This document shows, piece by piece, positions 12,912 through 26,359 of a DNA stretch of 64,000 bases (within the stretch, counting starts at the first letter, position 1; each line of letters starts with the position of its first letter). The position numbers and the translations under genes are program-made. The DNA is from Anthoceros angustus. Taxonomy: Eukaryota > Plantae > Anthocerotophyta. The notes beneath the pieces were generated by a model. That model was not told where the DNA came from. It ran no database searches and worked only from the letters and a program-made list of their open reading frames with translations. Location of the stretch: the NCBI GenBank assembly GCA_010909165.1, contig MU008168.1:124001-188000 (forward strand). The letters are read 5' to 3'.

Positions 12912-14532
12912 ATGGTGGTGCCGGTGCTGCTGCTGCTGCCCTATCTGTGCTGGAGCAATGCCGAGGTGGTGGCCGCGGGCTGCTGGGCCTGCGGGTGCGG
13001 CCGATGGCTGTGGCGCCGCCTGCGCCGGCACGGCTCCGTGGACTCTGAGACCTGGCCCATAGCGCCGCACCGGGACGCGCAGGAGATCCGGCACTACTGC
13101 GCCGTGGTGCGGGGAAGCTACTGCAAGGAGGTGCAGGACATCCCGGAGTACACGCAGTACGTGAAGCCGGAGATGGTGGTGAAGCTGGTGAGCGAGACCC
13201 GCGGCACCTGCCCCCCGCACTACATCCTCGTGGACGAGGCCCGCCGGGAGGTGGTGCTGTGCATCCGGGGGCTCAATCTGGCGGACCGCGTCAACTACAA
13301 GACCCTGGCGGATACCTCCAAGGGCAGCCAGCCGTTTGACGGGGGGTACGTGCACCGGGGCCTGCTCACGGCGGCCAAGTGGCTGCTGGAGAACGAGACG
13401 GATGAGCTCCGGAAGGCGGTGCAGGAGCATCCGGATTTTGTGCTCACGGTGGTAGGACACTCTCTGGGAGCGGGGGTGGCTTCTCTCTTTGTGCTCCTGC
13501 TGGTGAACCACCTGGACATGGTTGGCGGCCTGCGGAGAGAGCAGGTGCGGTGTTACAGCATCGCCCCGGCCAGATCCATGTCCCTCAACCTGGCTATCCG
13601 GTACGCGGATGTCATCAACAGCGTTGTTTTGCAGGTGATCTCCGCCGTCTCAAGTAAGTCTTAACTGGTGTCGGCAACCCTGGTGCTCTTCCGCTGCTCA
13701 TGCTGCTGCTCAGGGATTGTGCGTCTCATTTTTGGATCTCTCCTCTTCGCTTCATGCAGGATGATTTTCTTCCGCGCACATCCACTCCGATTGTAAAGAT
13801 CTTTCTGCTCTCCTCGCTCGTCTTGTAAGTCTGTCTGTGCTCAATTAGTCGTGGCCGAGGATGACGTCGTCGCTTTTCTCACTGTCCTTGCTTGCCTTGT
13901 GTGGCAGCACGTCTGCTGTTTTCTGCTGGAGGTGTGTGGTGGACACTTGTGTCTCGGAGGAGTCCATGCTTGAGGATCCTAGACGTCTGTATCCTCCAGG
14001 ACGCCTCTTCCACATCACCTACAAGGATCCTTGCTGCTGGTAACCCTGGCACTCTTTTCTCCATCTCCACAGTGCTGAAGCGTGAACGCATGTTGCCAGG
14101 GCTTCTTATTTCCAATCCCTTCTCACCCCCGGTGCCATGGTCAATGTCTCAGCTGCTGCAGCTTTCGAAGGCCTGCCCGCGTGCAGACTGCTATTCCTGT
14201 GGAAGGGCGGTTTGAAAGGCTTGTTGTCTCCCGCACTGTCACCAGCGACCACCACATTTTCAAGTATTCTGAATACGCTGAGAGAACTGTCCAGGTATGG
14301 TCCTTGGGGTCCAATTTTTCCAACTTATGTTCCTGCGTGCTCTTGCTTGTGCGTCATGATATGGTTCTTGACAGCCTCAGTCTCGCAGGAGATGACGGCA
14401 GCCACAATGGGAGCTCCTAAAGTGCAAGTTATGCTTAAAAGTCAATCCGTAGATCTTACATCAAGTTTGGAGAGGGAGGACCCCAACAAAAACTATTCCA
14501 CCGTGATTCTGAAAAGTGCTCCTGGGCAATAA
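12912..14532 (+). CDS. Class-3 lipase / alpha-beta hydrolase (Lipase3_N + Lipase_3; calmodulin-binding heat-shock-protein-like family), 5 exons
   Basis: DSETWP, VVLCIRGLNL, FDGGYVHRGLL, nucleophile GHSLG, IAPARSMSLNLAIRYADVINSVVLQ|DDFLPRT, RRLYPPGRL, PVEGRFERLV, SDH; TAA at 14530-14532. Confidence 0.9.
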
Positions 14533-15176
14533 CATCCTTCAATTCTTTGTAGGTATTGCAGTTCATCTACTGTGTCGTAGAGGTACATAGTTGTCATGAA
14601 CCGAATTTGTGGAGACTGTTTGTTATGCATACGTCTTCCCCACCTTCCCAACCTTCCCCACCTTCCCCAACCCCTTTGTGTTTTTGTTTGCTCGTCCCAT
14701 TAAAGAAATAAAATAGTGTAGTGACATGCTGAGTGCCTTGTAGGCAGAACGCTATAGACTCCAAGAAGACCCTCATGCCTTTGAACCGAGGGGAGATGCT
14801 TATTAGTCTAGGTGTGGTTTGCAACGGCCGTGTCGTCGGAAAGTGTATCGGACTCTCAACCTGGTCCCCGGAAATCACCCGGTCGTTTCCAGTCACCACA
14901 TCCGGAGAAACATGCTTGTTTTTTCGTTTTCGGTCTTGAAAACACGATGCATCGAAAAATCACCGAGCAAACATCGATGGGAAGAGGACGAGCAGGCGAT
15001 AATTATCTTGAAGGCTGAAGAAAGGGATGATCTGCAGATGAGGACTGACAAGTTCATAGATTTATCGAAACAGACACATCTGAAACATGGCCCGACCACT
15101 TAGCGGTTAATATTCGTCCCGCACCTCAGTTCCGAGCAAATTTGATTTCTACAAGGGCGTGAGCTACTCGAGGAGA

Positions 15177-16369
15177 TCATCCACCGGGATGAATACGTTT
15201 GTTAGCAATGAAGTAGATCTCTCGGGAAGTTGGTCTTGTTGCTTTAGGTCTGTACCACGACAGCGTCCGAAAATGGCCCTTGCAAATCTGAGGGAATCCT
15301 GCAAGATGCAAGAGTCAAGAACTCGACGACTTGAAACTTCCGGCAAAACAACAAATAGCTTCGCCCGAAGCACCTTACTTTGGCTTTCTTCACCTTCAAG
15401 CAGTTTGATTACCACGCTTCCCCCTACTCTCAAAAGTCCCTTGCTCTCCTTGTCTGATGAGTTTGAGCAATTTAGAACCGGCTCCGGCTCTGGCTGCGGC
15501 ACCGGCTCCGACTCCGTCTCCGACTCCGCAATGTAATGCCTTGAAGAAGAAAAGCTGGATCCCAGGGCAAGCTCAAGAGCCCGCATGCCAAGCTCCCCGG
15601 AAAGTGCACCGTCCCTGCTGCCGATGCCTGAAACTGCCGGGCACATATCGGACAAAATCACAGAGAAACCATCTTCCTGCATCAGGATTCCACAGCATCC
15701 GGTCAAGCTTAAACCATAAACCCTTGGTTTGCGCACCGCCTGCAGAATTTTGCAATTTGCATCTCCAACTGACCGATGGAGACAAATCTGCTAGCAGTTG
15801 TGGGGAAACGGTCATAACATCTGCACATAAACTGCGGACTCGGTAATCGCAGTACTCCAAAGGTAGCTTCACCTTCTGCTCTGCAAACAACACATGTTGC
15901 GCCATGAATGCACAACAGTAAAATTCCGTGGATCAAGACAACCGAGACGCAGAAATGTAGGAACGTCACCTTCAAATCCACTCCGATTACAGCTCCACCG
16001 CATTTGCTGGCGCCCAGACTTTGGCAGGCTACCTGGTAGCAACAAAAGTTACCATATTGTATCTGTCTCATAGGGTGGTACGATACGCTTTCCTCCAACC
16101 CAGCTGCTGTTGAGGTGGGCAGACTTGCTACCTGCAGCCAGGCGCCCGGAGCGCAGCCAAGGTCGAGCACCGATGCGCCCGGCCGAATTAGAGCATGCTT
16201 CTTCTGGATTTCGAGGAGCTGCCACATCCACACGCACTTAGAGCGCATACTAATCTCGGGAGCCAGCAGACAAGCCGGGAGAAGAAGCGAAGGGGATGCC
16301 CACCTTGAAGGCAGATCGTGCAACATACTTGAGCCGCTGCGCCTCCTTGTAAAAGAAATCAGCGCTCAT
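15177..16369 (-). CDS. FtsJ/RlmE-family rRNA 2'-O-ribose methyltransferase, multi-exon
   Basis: [22 protein letters not shown]|[57 protein letters not shown] (K-D-K-E tetrad); ATG at 16369; TGA at 15179-15177. Confidence 0.92.
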
Positions 16370-16836
16370 GGTTTACGACACAGCCACAGTAGTAAAACAG
16401 TACTCTCGCTGTTTCACGCACAAGATGGCAGGAGCTGGGCTATAAGAGCTGTAGCGCTGTGATCCGGCTGCCCTCAAGGTTGGCAATCTCGAAGTTCCTG
16501 CTAGGACACGGACACGGGCAGAGATACCCAGACACGGAAATATAGTGCCTGCTCGCCGCAGGGTGCGGCCCAGCTGTGCGGGTTGGGTTCCTGCTTGCGC
16601 ACCGTTCAGTAGCTTGGGACATCAGCGTGTGCTGCCTCGGAAGTGCCAGACACAATGCGCAAATGCGCATGGAGGGCAAAGAGGAGGAAGCAGGCTTCAC
16701 TTCAGCTACCACTGCATGAACCCCTCTATAGTGGGACGCCCTCGCATCTTTCCCGCATTCCCACACTAATTTGAGCAGCTTTTGCAAGCAGGACTCGGCA
16801 CTAGGGGGGCCTTCCTTTGTCAGCAATCGACTCAGT

Positions 16837-19800
16837 ATGGGCATGGAGCAACCTGGGTGGCAGGCCCAGCTGGCGAATGCCAGTGACAGAGAGCGCTATG
16901 TGGGAACCATGCAGGCAGTTGAACAAGCTTGCGCAGCGCTTCTGGTATATCTCTCTTCCCAGCTCTTGCTCATGGTTGGGTCGCTGCTCCACTCAGCTGC
17001 TGATTGAGACGATGGGTTTCATCTGTGTATGTAGGTTCCCAGCACCCGAGCGGCTGCAGAAGCAACGCTTCTGGCTTTTCGGAGATCGTCACAACCGATC
17101 CAAGCCTGCCAGTACGTACTCGGTAAGTTGTGGTGCAGATTGTCTGATTCACGACACGATTTTCTTTTCAGAGTTGCTGGGATTCATTTTCAGTCTTGAG
17201 TCCTTGTCTTCGGGGCATGTTCCATTTGGTGGTAGACCATACTAAGCACCCATTCTGTGCTGCTTTGCTTGTGCCCAGAACATTCTCAAATGGCTACAGC
17301 GAGGTTCCAAGCTGCAGCAACAATGCAAGAAGCAGCGGTTCGGGAATGGAGTCTTCTGTCAGCAACCGAGAGAGAGAGTTTGCGCACGTATGACTTGGAC
17401 TTTGTCGTGGGTGATGCATTTTGTTTTTGAGAGAGATATTGTGCTATATCCCCCACTGGTGGAACTCTGATTTTCTTACATTTGAACTTAGCCTGTGCAT
17501 TCCAATTTTGCTGCTGTCCGATGTCTGTGTCGTTGTGGGAATGGTGATTAAGATATTTGGCCATTTTGCACATGCATTAGGTATTGTCTACATTATGTAA
17601 TGGCGCGAGCAGAAGCATCGGAAGGTTATGTACAGGCAAAGGTTCTGGCCGTGGCTGCAGTCTTACTCAAGCGAAGCTGGTCAGTATGAGAGAAGCAGGT
17701 CTTCGTGGCATTGAAGTGTACCTGCCGTTGTGCTTGATGTGCGGTTTCTGTTCCCTGCAGGTTGGATTCAAGTCCTTCAGAAATGGATGCCTTCTTCACT
17801 GAGGTTTGGTTAAAAACGTTTGTTCGTATGTTATACGTTACAATCCAACGGTTTGCTGTACATCTTCCATAGGGAGAATGCTCACATGAACGGTTTGCAG
17901 GTTAGACAGGCTGTCCTTGGCGCCCATGGTGCTCCCGCGCAGCGGTCAGGAATTGCACTCCTCGAGTCTTTGGTATGTCTGGTCACTTTTCTGCTGCATG
18001 GTTCCGATAGGGTAATGCTATGGGTGTCCTAATTCTTGCTTGTCTTCTGTATGTTCTGGAGAAATGCTCTCATGGCACTGACTCGATCCACATCAGGTCT
18101 CAGAGTTCTCACCTACTACTGCCAGTGCGATGGGGCTTCCAGCTGAATTTCATGAGCATTGTCGAGCATCCTTGGAGCTTGACTATCTTCAGGTGTTGAG
18201 TCTGGATGTTTGGTTCACTTGTCAGCATTAAAGTAATGCTCAGCGCAGAGTTTGTGTCTATCTAGTTGTTGCTCCTGCTGACACTTTGAACTTGTTGCTG
18301 CCAGCAATTCTACACCTGGGCGCAGGATGCTGCTGTGACTGCAGCAGACAAAACAATTCAGGGCTCTGGAAGTGCAATGGATGTCACTGTCTGTGCAGCA
18401 GCTCTTCATCTCATGTCCCAAATTTTGAACTGGGAGTTTCAGGGAACTCTCGTTCGAGGGGCTGGGGGTGTCATTGTTGTAGGAAAGAATAGAGCAAGTG
18501 CCTTTACATCATCAATTGGTCGGGATAGTCCTGGAAGACGGCTTGGGGATCATGGTTTTTCAGTCCAGGTAGGCCTTGTCTGTTGTACCTACTTTTGGAT
18601 CAAAACTATCTGCTTGTATGGTCCACATTTTACAAGATCCTTGGCCTGTGAACATAGGCGTATTTCATTTCTTGAAGGCTTGATACATTTCGGAGGGCAT
18701 CTCTTCATTTGTATGATTCTTGATTGAAACATTCTTGTTGTTCCTGAGGCATCCAGTTCTGACCATTGTGGGTATTTGTCTGTGGAATTGGTTTTTTTTG
18801 TCTCAGCCAGGACTAAGTTGGCAGGATATTTTGCTTTCACCAAATAGAGTTCGTTGGATTTTGGAGCTGTATGCACGAATAAGACAAGGTCAATGGGGGG
18901 AAACGTCTTGGATAGATTCCCCCCTTGCTGTTTCTGCTCGACAAGTGATTGTGCAGTTGTGTGCATTGAGTGGCAGTATATTTGGATCTGGTGCGTATCT
19001 TGTGCATTGTGGTAGCCCTTCTGCGTTTTTACTCTTACATGCTGGAAGATAGAAGAAGATATTTACTCTCATGGACTGACTTATGGGTACCTGTTTCGGC
19101 TGTCATTTCAGAAGGAGGTGTAACTCAGGAGTTACATTTGCAGCGAATGCTTGTTGGGATAACTTCCTGGTTTGATCCCCCAGATTCTGTAATCAAGGCT
19201 CTGAAAAGTGGCATTAGTGAGAGGTAAGATTCTAAAAGCTGTCTGGTGGAAAATGTTTCATTCCTGCTAATGAGGACTTCTACTCCCTTCACGCCTGACT
19301 CATCAAGGGATTACCTGCAGTGAACTTTTAGATGGATGCCGGGCTCTTCTGGCTGTAGCAAGTTTGAATTCTCCCTCAGCATTTGATCAGCACTTGAAGC
19401 CAGTTGCAAGGTGCGTATTTAGCAGATGTTGTTCTGTTCTGCATTAGTTCCTAGTTAGTTCTGACTGACACCACACACAGGCCTGTAGGAACACTGAGCT
19501 TCCTAGCTTCATTAACATGCGAAGTGATCAAAGCGACTGGCGAGAGAGATAAAGAGGAAACTTGGTCTAAAGAAGCCCTTGATATTTTGTTGGATACTTG
19601 GACAGTCCTGTTGCAAGTAGGTGAAACGTTGCTGACTAAGGTCGTAGTCTTCCTGTGAGAAATTTTCTAAGCTCAACAAGCCTATCCATAGCATGTCTGT
19701 GTTTTATTGGGCATGTTTCTTTCAGCCTGTAGATCTGAGTAGAAGAATCCCTTTCCCTGCTACTGGAATAGAAGCAGCAGCAGCAGTTTTTCGAACATAC

Positions 19801-22800
19801 GTGGAGACCGAATTGAGAGGTATGTCCCAATTGAGTTATCCAGGCTTTGGTGTAAGTCCATCGTTGTTTCCATGTTGTCTGGTCCGTTTGACAAGAGTGA
19901 TAACATTTGCTTATGTGCCACATGCAGTGGCCGTTGCCTCTGTGCACGAAGATGATGATGAGAACGAGCAGTTGCATGCTGTTATAGCTGGTGATGTTTG
20001 ACAGTACATTCGCACATTTATTTGTTATTGGTTTCACTATCACAACTAGCTAGCCTGCGCTATTTTGCCAACCACCATGTGTGCTGAGACAGTTTTATGG
20101 GGTCTGTATGCAGCACGAGATGAAAGACTAAGCACTATTGCTCTTGTTGCCCGAGCTGCTCCTGCTGCAACAGTACCCCTGCTGGCTATGCTTATCTCCG
20201 AGCGATGCTCCTGGTTGCTTCAGGTACTCATTTTTGTCGGGCTGGAATGTATCTGTACGAATCTAGGAGATTTGATTTTGATAATGGGTGATTTCCTCAG
20301 TGCATTGGAGGAATGGCGGATCCTGTATCTATACTGGAGGAGCTCCATTGGCTATTACTGATGTCTGGTCATGTGCTAGCGGACGCTGGCGATGGAGAGA
20401 CACCTTTTGTGAGTAGAGGGATTCTAAAGCCTGAACTCTGATGGAATGTTATTCTTGGGGCCAATGCCAGGCCTGATTGTGGAAAATCTTGCAGGTTCCC
20501 GAATCAATCTCGGCTCTTTACGCAAGTGGAGATGATCCAACGAATCACCCTGCCATACTTCTTTCCCAGTAAGTGACAAGGTCTCTTGCTGGCTCTCTTC
20601 TACCATTAGCATAATCTAATCTGCTGTCCAATTCGTGGTTCTCAGCTCTGTGATTGAACTAGCTCGTCAGAGCCTGGATGCAAATATACGAGCTCAAGTT
20701 TTCAGTCCTCGTTTAATGGAGGCAAGAACCACTCGACCATTCCCCCACAGATTTGACTTCTGTCTCCTAGACAATATGGATATGAGCAGGGGAAACATAA
20801 ATCGGAGTAGTAGGAATTGGATTCTCACAAATTGATTTTCTGCATTTTGTGCAGGCCCTCATATGGTTCTTTGGGAGATGGGTTGACACATACCTCATGC
20901 CAGCACATGCAGGCAGGGGCCCAAATTCCACGCCTTCTGGGCATGAGGGCGATCAGCACCTGATTGTTGCATCCAGTGCTCAATTTGATGGAAGGAATGC
21001 CCTTAATATTGCCTTTGGAGAGCAGGGTGGAGGGAAGGCTGTGCTTGAGGTGCTTGTTCGTGTCACTCTCACGGCCTTAACTGCATGGCCAGGCGAAAGA
21101 AATTTGCAGGTCAGATTTTTCTGTATTTTGTTGTTATTTTTCTGTTTCCAGGTGTTCGACTGTTGCAGATGTCATGTCATGTCATGTCATGAAGTCAGGG
21201 GCAGGTGACACTAGTAACATCTGAAGGTGTAGTTAATCACAACATCAAGCTGCTCTTCTTGAGTGCAGGAGATTGCTGCCTTTCAGTTACTGCCTCATTT
21301 GGCTCAGCGCCGCAATATATGTGTTCATCTGGTTACTATGGTAAGGGCTATGTAACGTACTGTTGGTGTGACTGGGCACATGTCCACGAGGTCTTCTCAG
21401 TTTAACTAGATACGGCGGGGTTCTCTAATAATGTTGTCTTTCTAGGATGCGTGGCAAGAGCTTGCACATGCATTTGCTTATCAGCAGCCTGTGCTTCCAG
21501 GCCTTGCAGCTGCAACCCAGGTTCATGAGTTACACTGCCGGTGGATGTTTGAAGTCGGTTAGTTTGGGCCCTCTTAGTGTTCCCATTGTAATTAGCTTTT
21601 GCCTGTTGAACCTGGACAGAGAGCGCTTTCAGAGGTTTTGTGCCGATCAGCAGCTGGCATGAGTACAGTGGATGCAACCAATCAGTGAGTACTTGGTCTT
21701 ACTAATAATGTCTGTTCTTGGGGGCTGGTCGTCGTCATTTTCACTCTCAAGCTGTTGAATATTCGGTGTTGATATGTCGGTATAGATATGTCAGAGATCT
21801 ACTGGGACCCATCACAGTAAGGATTGCAGATTTGTCCAAAAGAGAAGACTTGCAAAGCTTCTCTCAGCAACCAGATTCTATTCACCAGGTAATGGTTTGT
21901 CACTGAAGGCCTATAACCTGCCACCATCACCGATTTGTTCGACCACTTGACTCTGTCCACACACTGAACTTTACCCAACGACTGTTGTCCCATCTATCCT
22001 GCAGGTCAGTTGTTTAATGGAAAGGCTTCGAGGGGCTGCAAGGGCAACCCTTCCTCGTAGCCAAAAAGCCATTTTTGAGATGGGAGCTGCTGTTATGGAG
22101 CCTTTGCTTGTGTTGTTGCAAACGTACAAAAACCAGGTCAGGGTGGTGCTGATCAGAGTTTCCAAAAACCTTTTAGCTTTTTGTAATTGAAGCTTCTGTC
22201 ATGCTGACTCAAGATTTTTCTTGGCAGTCATCTGTAGTCTATTTGCTTCTAAAATATGTAGTGGATTGGGTTGATGGGCAAGTAGCCTTTTTGGAGCCCA
22301 AGGAAATGGCCATACTGTTCAGCTTTTGTGTTCGCCTTCTTGAGGTCTACTCTGTCCACAACATTGGGAAGGTATGTTGTTCAAACATTGCGGGGAAAAA
22401 AGGGTGGATGTAAAGGCATGCAAGTTCTAGCAGCTACTTCTGCTGATTTGTGACATTGCATTGCATTGTGACATTTGAGATGTGGTATTATCCCAACTGA
22501 GGTCACATTCTCTACCAGTGCTGGCACTGAACTCTTAAAATGCGGGTTGAAAACTGGTTTTCTACAGGTGTCAGTGTCCCCGTCTGTGAACTTGTTGAGC
22601 GAGAGCCAAAAAGAGAAGTACAAAGACCTGAGGGCTCTGCTGCAGCTTCTGACAAATTTGAGCTCAAAGGATTTGGTACGGCTACTGTTCCATATGCTGT
22701 AATCTGTTTCATGAGTCCTTGGCCAGTAGTCATGATGGGGTGGTGTTGGGTTTTGTGTCATGACAGGTCGATTTTGCTTCTGATAGTGGGGAGGATGAAA

Positions 22801-23902
22801 ATTCAGATGTTGCACAGGTACGTTTGTCTCTCACTGCTGTTTTGTGCTGGGAGAAAGTGATGAGATGCGCTCTTCAATGCTTGCGTATGAACAGAGGTTG
22901 AATCTAACCTTTTGGGGTCTGTCCTTCAGGTTGTCTACCTTGGTTTGCACATTGTTACTCCACTGTTATCCGTAGACTTGCTTAAGTACCCAAAACTTTG
23001 CCGCCAGGTTGGTGTACGTGATTTTCATGAATATCTGATGTAGTGTATGACCTTCATTAGGAATAGTGTTTGAGATCGTTTGTTTGCTGTCGTTGCAGTA
23101 TTTTACACTAATTGCACACATGCTGGAAGTATATCCACAAAAGGTAGCGAAGTTATCAATAGAAGGATTCTCTCGAATTGTTGCTACTTTGGAGTTTGGC
23201 CTAAGGCATCAGGTATTTCCCCGTTAGAAAGGTTGTATACTTGGTTCTTGCTACAGGGGTGAACGTTCTCATATTGCCCTCTTGTCGACAGGATGTCGAG
23301 GTTGTAAACATGTCATTAACAGCCCTCAATGCCGTAGCTTTCTACCACTATCAAGAGATCTGTGCTGGGAAAGAGGGCCTTGGTTTGCATGCTGTCAACA
23401 AGCAGGGAGCGGATGGAGCTCTAGAGGAGGGCGTTCTTGCCCATTTCCTTAGGGCAGTCCTGCAATACCTGCTCTTCGAGGACTACAGGTCAGTGTGTTA
23501 TTCTAGAAGCTTACTGAACCACCTCTGGATGGCACTGACGGATAAGTTGTTCTTGTGCCTGATAGTAACGAGCTGGTGGAGCCTGCCGCGGATGCGCTTC
23601 TTCCCTTGATTCTGTGCAATACTGCACTATACCAGGTGAGATTTTGAATGTCAAGATTATCCGCAGAAAGGCTTGTTTGTTCTCCACCAGTACTGATGCT
23701 TTGCAATGTGTAGAGATTTGCTCAAGAACTTCTGGAGGGGCAACAGAATGCAGTGCTTCAAAGCCGGTTGGCCACGGCGTTCCACGTTCTGTTAAATTCC
23801 AACCAGGTGACGGCATCCCTGGATCGAGCTAATAGACGCAGGTTCCGGGAGAATTTGTACTTATTTTTGTCTGACGTGCGGGGATTCTTAAGAACCAGGT
23901 AG
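16837..23902 (+). CDS. XPO4: Exportin-4 (importin-beta family), many short exons
   Basis: QAVEQACAAL, YVQAKVLAVAAVLLKRSW, SAMGLPAEFHEHCR, LMSQILNWEF, FSPRLMEALIWFFGRW, LERLRGAARA, YKDLRALLQLLTNL, DLLKYPKLCRQYF, C-terminal FLSDVRGFLRTR*; TAG at 23900-23902. Confidence 0.92.
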
Positions 23903-26359
23903 CAGTTGTCGCTGCTGTGGAAGGAAATCTCCGTCTGTACATTACATTCTGTCAATAGGTTCTCCTAGCTAATTTTTTGTCCAAACGCAGCTACCAGTGT
24001 GCTACAATCAGGCTAACAATTTTCTGCAGCCGAATGCTGGCATGCAAAAGTCGGCTTACATTGAATATTTGGACATAATGGCTATTATAGCAATGTTATG
24101 CGAGCTAGATCAATTCATGGGGTAACGCATGTCCGTAGAACCTTTCCTGTTAGATTACCTTGTACATTTTTTGAGATGAAACCAGCTTCAAACTGGATGC
24201 ATGCTAATCGTACAACCCCCATTCGAGGAGTTCTCCGTTGGAGACTTCACGTTCATCTACTCGCATTCCTGAACCAACAAAATGTATATAGTCAGATTCT
24301 AAGGACTGGAAAGCGCTGTCTAACAACGAAAAAGTAGCTACGTTCAGACACCAACATCGACAATCCATGCGACTCGTCCAGGCCGAAACCCGCAGCACCT
24401 GAATCGCTTTAGTAGCTGCACTAGCATTCCAACATATCAGCGCTGCAACAAGCTTACTTTCACACGAGCAACCCCACTTGCTGACGGGCCATCTTGACAA
24501 TCGTGCAGGGCCATTTTGACAGTTCCGTAAAAAAGTCGCTGCAACACCTTCCCAATAGCAAAACTGAACTACTTTCCAGCCATGCATGAAAAATCAAGGA
24601 AGAATGTACATAAATACTTACCTGACTTCAAAAGGGTTGGACAGGTCAGGAACAATGGCCGTTGTGCGAGCGTCTGTGCGTCAAACGCTGAACGGCTAAA
24701 AGTCTGCCCACATTACAGGCGCACCTGGCAAGTTTCCTATCCATGAGATGATCCACCACAACTCTGTACACAGAAAAGAAGCTATATTAGACAGGGTTAA
24801 CGGCCTGAAGGAGCTCTGGAACAAACCTAAATAATAGCAATTGCAATTCAATTAATCAGTAGCGGTTTCAACGCAATTCATCACCAGGTGAACACCTTCA
24901 TCGCATGAACGAACTACAAAAAAATGAGGGGTACACCTCCACAATGCAAGACTCTTGGCACCCGAACCACAAGGGAAATCTGAAAATTCATTCAGGGGAA
25001 ACATGCTGACAGACCATTGCTCATCCAATTTGGCAGAGGATTGTATTGCAGACATATGCTCTTAAACCACCATGAGGTGAGTTCTATGAGCTGGTACCAA
25101 CCAAATTATCAAAAACCCACCTCTCATGAATAAAGGCAGCTAACCTCCCAAGCTTGGACGTGATATATGCTTACATCCTTAGAGCCCACATACACAATTC
25201 TCACATGTTTAATATCTAGTAGCAAATGTGGTACAAGAACCTTAAATTGAGACAGTCTAATGAAAAAACCATCGCTCTGAGGACGCACCTCACAATGAAT
25301 ATCTTCACAAACTGCGTCCAAGCTTAGGCAAACTAAAAAGCACTAATCAAACACAGTAATGTTGTATCATCCATGAGTTTGAAACCAGAATATAACTCCA
25401 ACAGGCTGCATTACATTCCAGCCTCAAATCAGGTACTGTCAAAACTACGGATGCTGAGACACAAAAAGGAATTAAGACATACGGCAGAGCTGCACGTACT
25501 AAGTCCGATAACTGAATTATGTGAGCCAACTTCTTTAAGTACTGCTGGAATAACAAAAGAAGTCCACAAAACGAAGGCACACCTAACTACTTTGAGGTGC
25601 AACTATACACCTGGTCTCAGGAATTCCTGTGACAACATAACCTAGAAAATATTTCGTCCTCCAACTGTATCCCAGCACTTTGAACCAAAATCTTCCCGCA
25701 GTTAGCACATTGAAAAATCTGATTGCCAGTAAGACATAGTTTTGCAAAAGCACCGTGGTGAAGGATAGCAACAAAGGAGCTGAAGGACTCACATGTGAAA
25801 AATCATCGAGAACATGTTTCAGACGAATCAGCCTACGTGCGGATCAAATTGGAGACTCACGAACAAGTTTAAACCCTGGGGTATCAGCAGCTCCCACAAT
25901 GCTACTCTGTGTAATATGTGCACTGATTTAACCACTAGATGCTTGGGTTTGCACCCTCTCAGAGGACTGTCAGCCAAAGACCAAAATCCCACGTAAGTAA
26001 AAGGACTGGCCACATACGAACAAAAGAAAAAAGTCCAAACTAATCCCTACTGCCCATACTGGAGGGAGGTGAGGGGGGAAGATAAGGTTCTAGTTGTGAG
26101 ACACACTCCTCATCCTATATGACTCTGCGATCTACCCTATTACTGTGATCACTAACATGAGGTGACTATGACTTCAAATTCATTGTCTACAGCAGACTAT
26201 ATGAGTTAGGGTGGGCACTAAGGTTCCAAACTTACAATCCTTTAAAACGAGCTGCAACTCCCTATATCAGGTACCTACACCGTAATCTGCATTGGGGTTC
26301 CAGGGTCTCGCTGACGAGGTAGGGATTTGAATATGGGGATACATGAGCCTTACAACAAT

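Noticed and set aside
12399-13511. 370-aa minus-strand ORF
   Set aside because: Antisense shadow of the GC-rich lipase exon; no recognisable motifs
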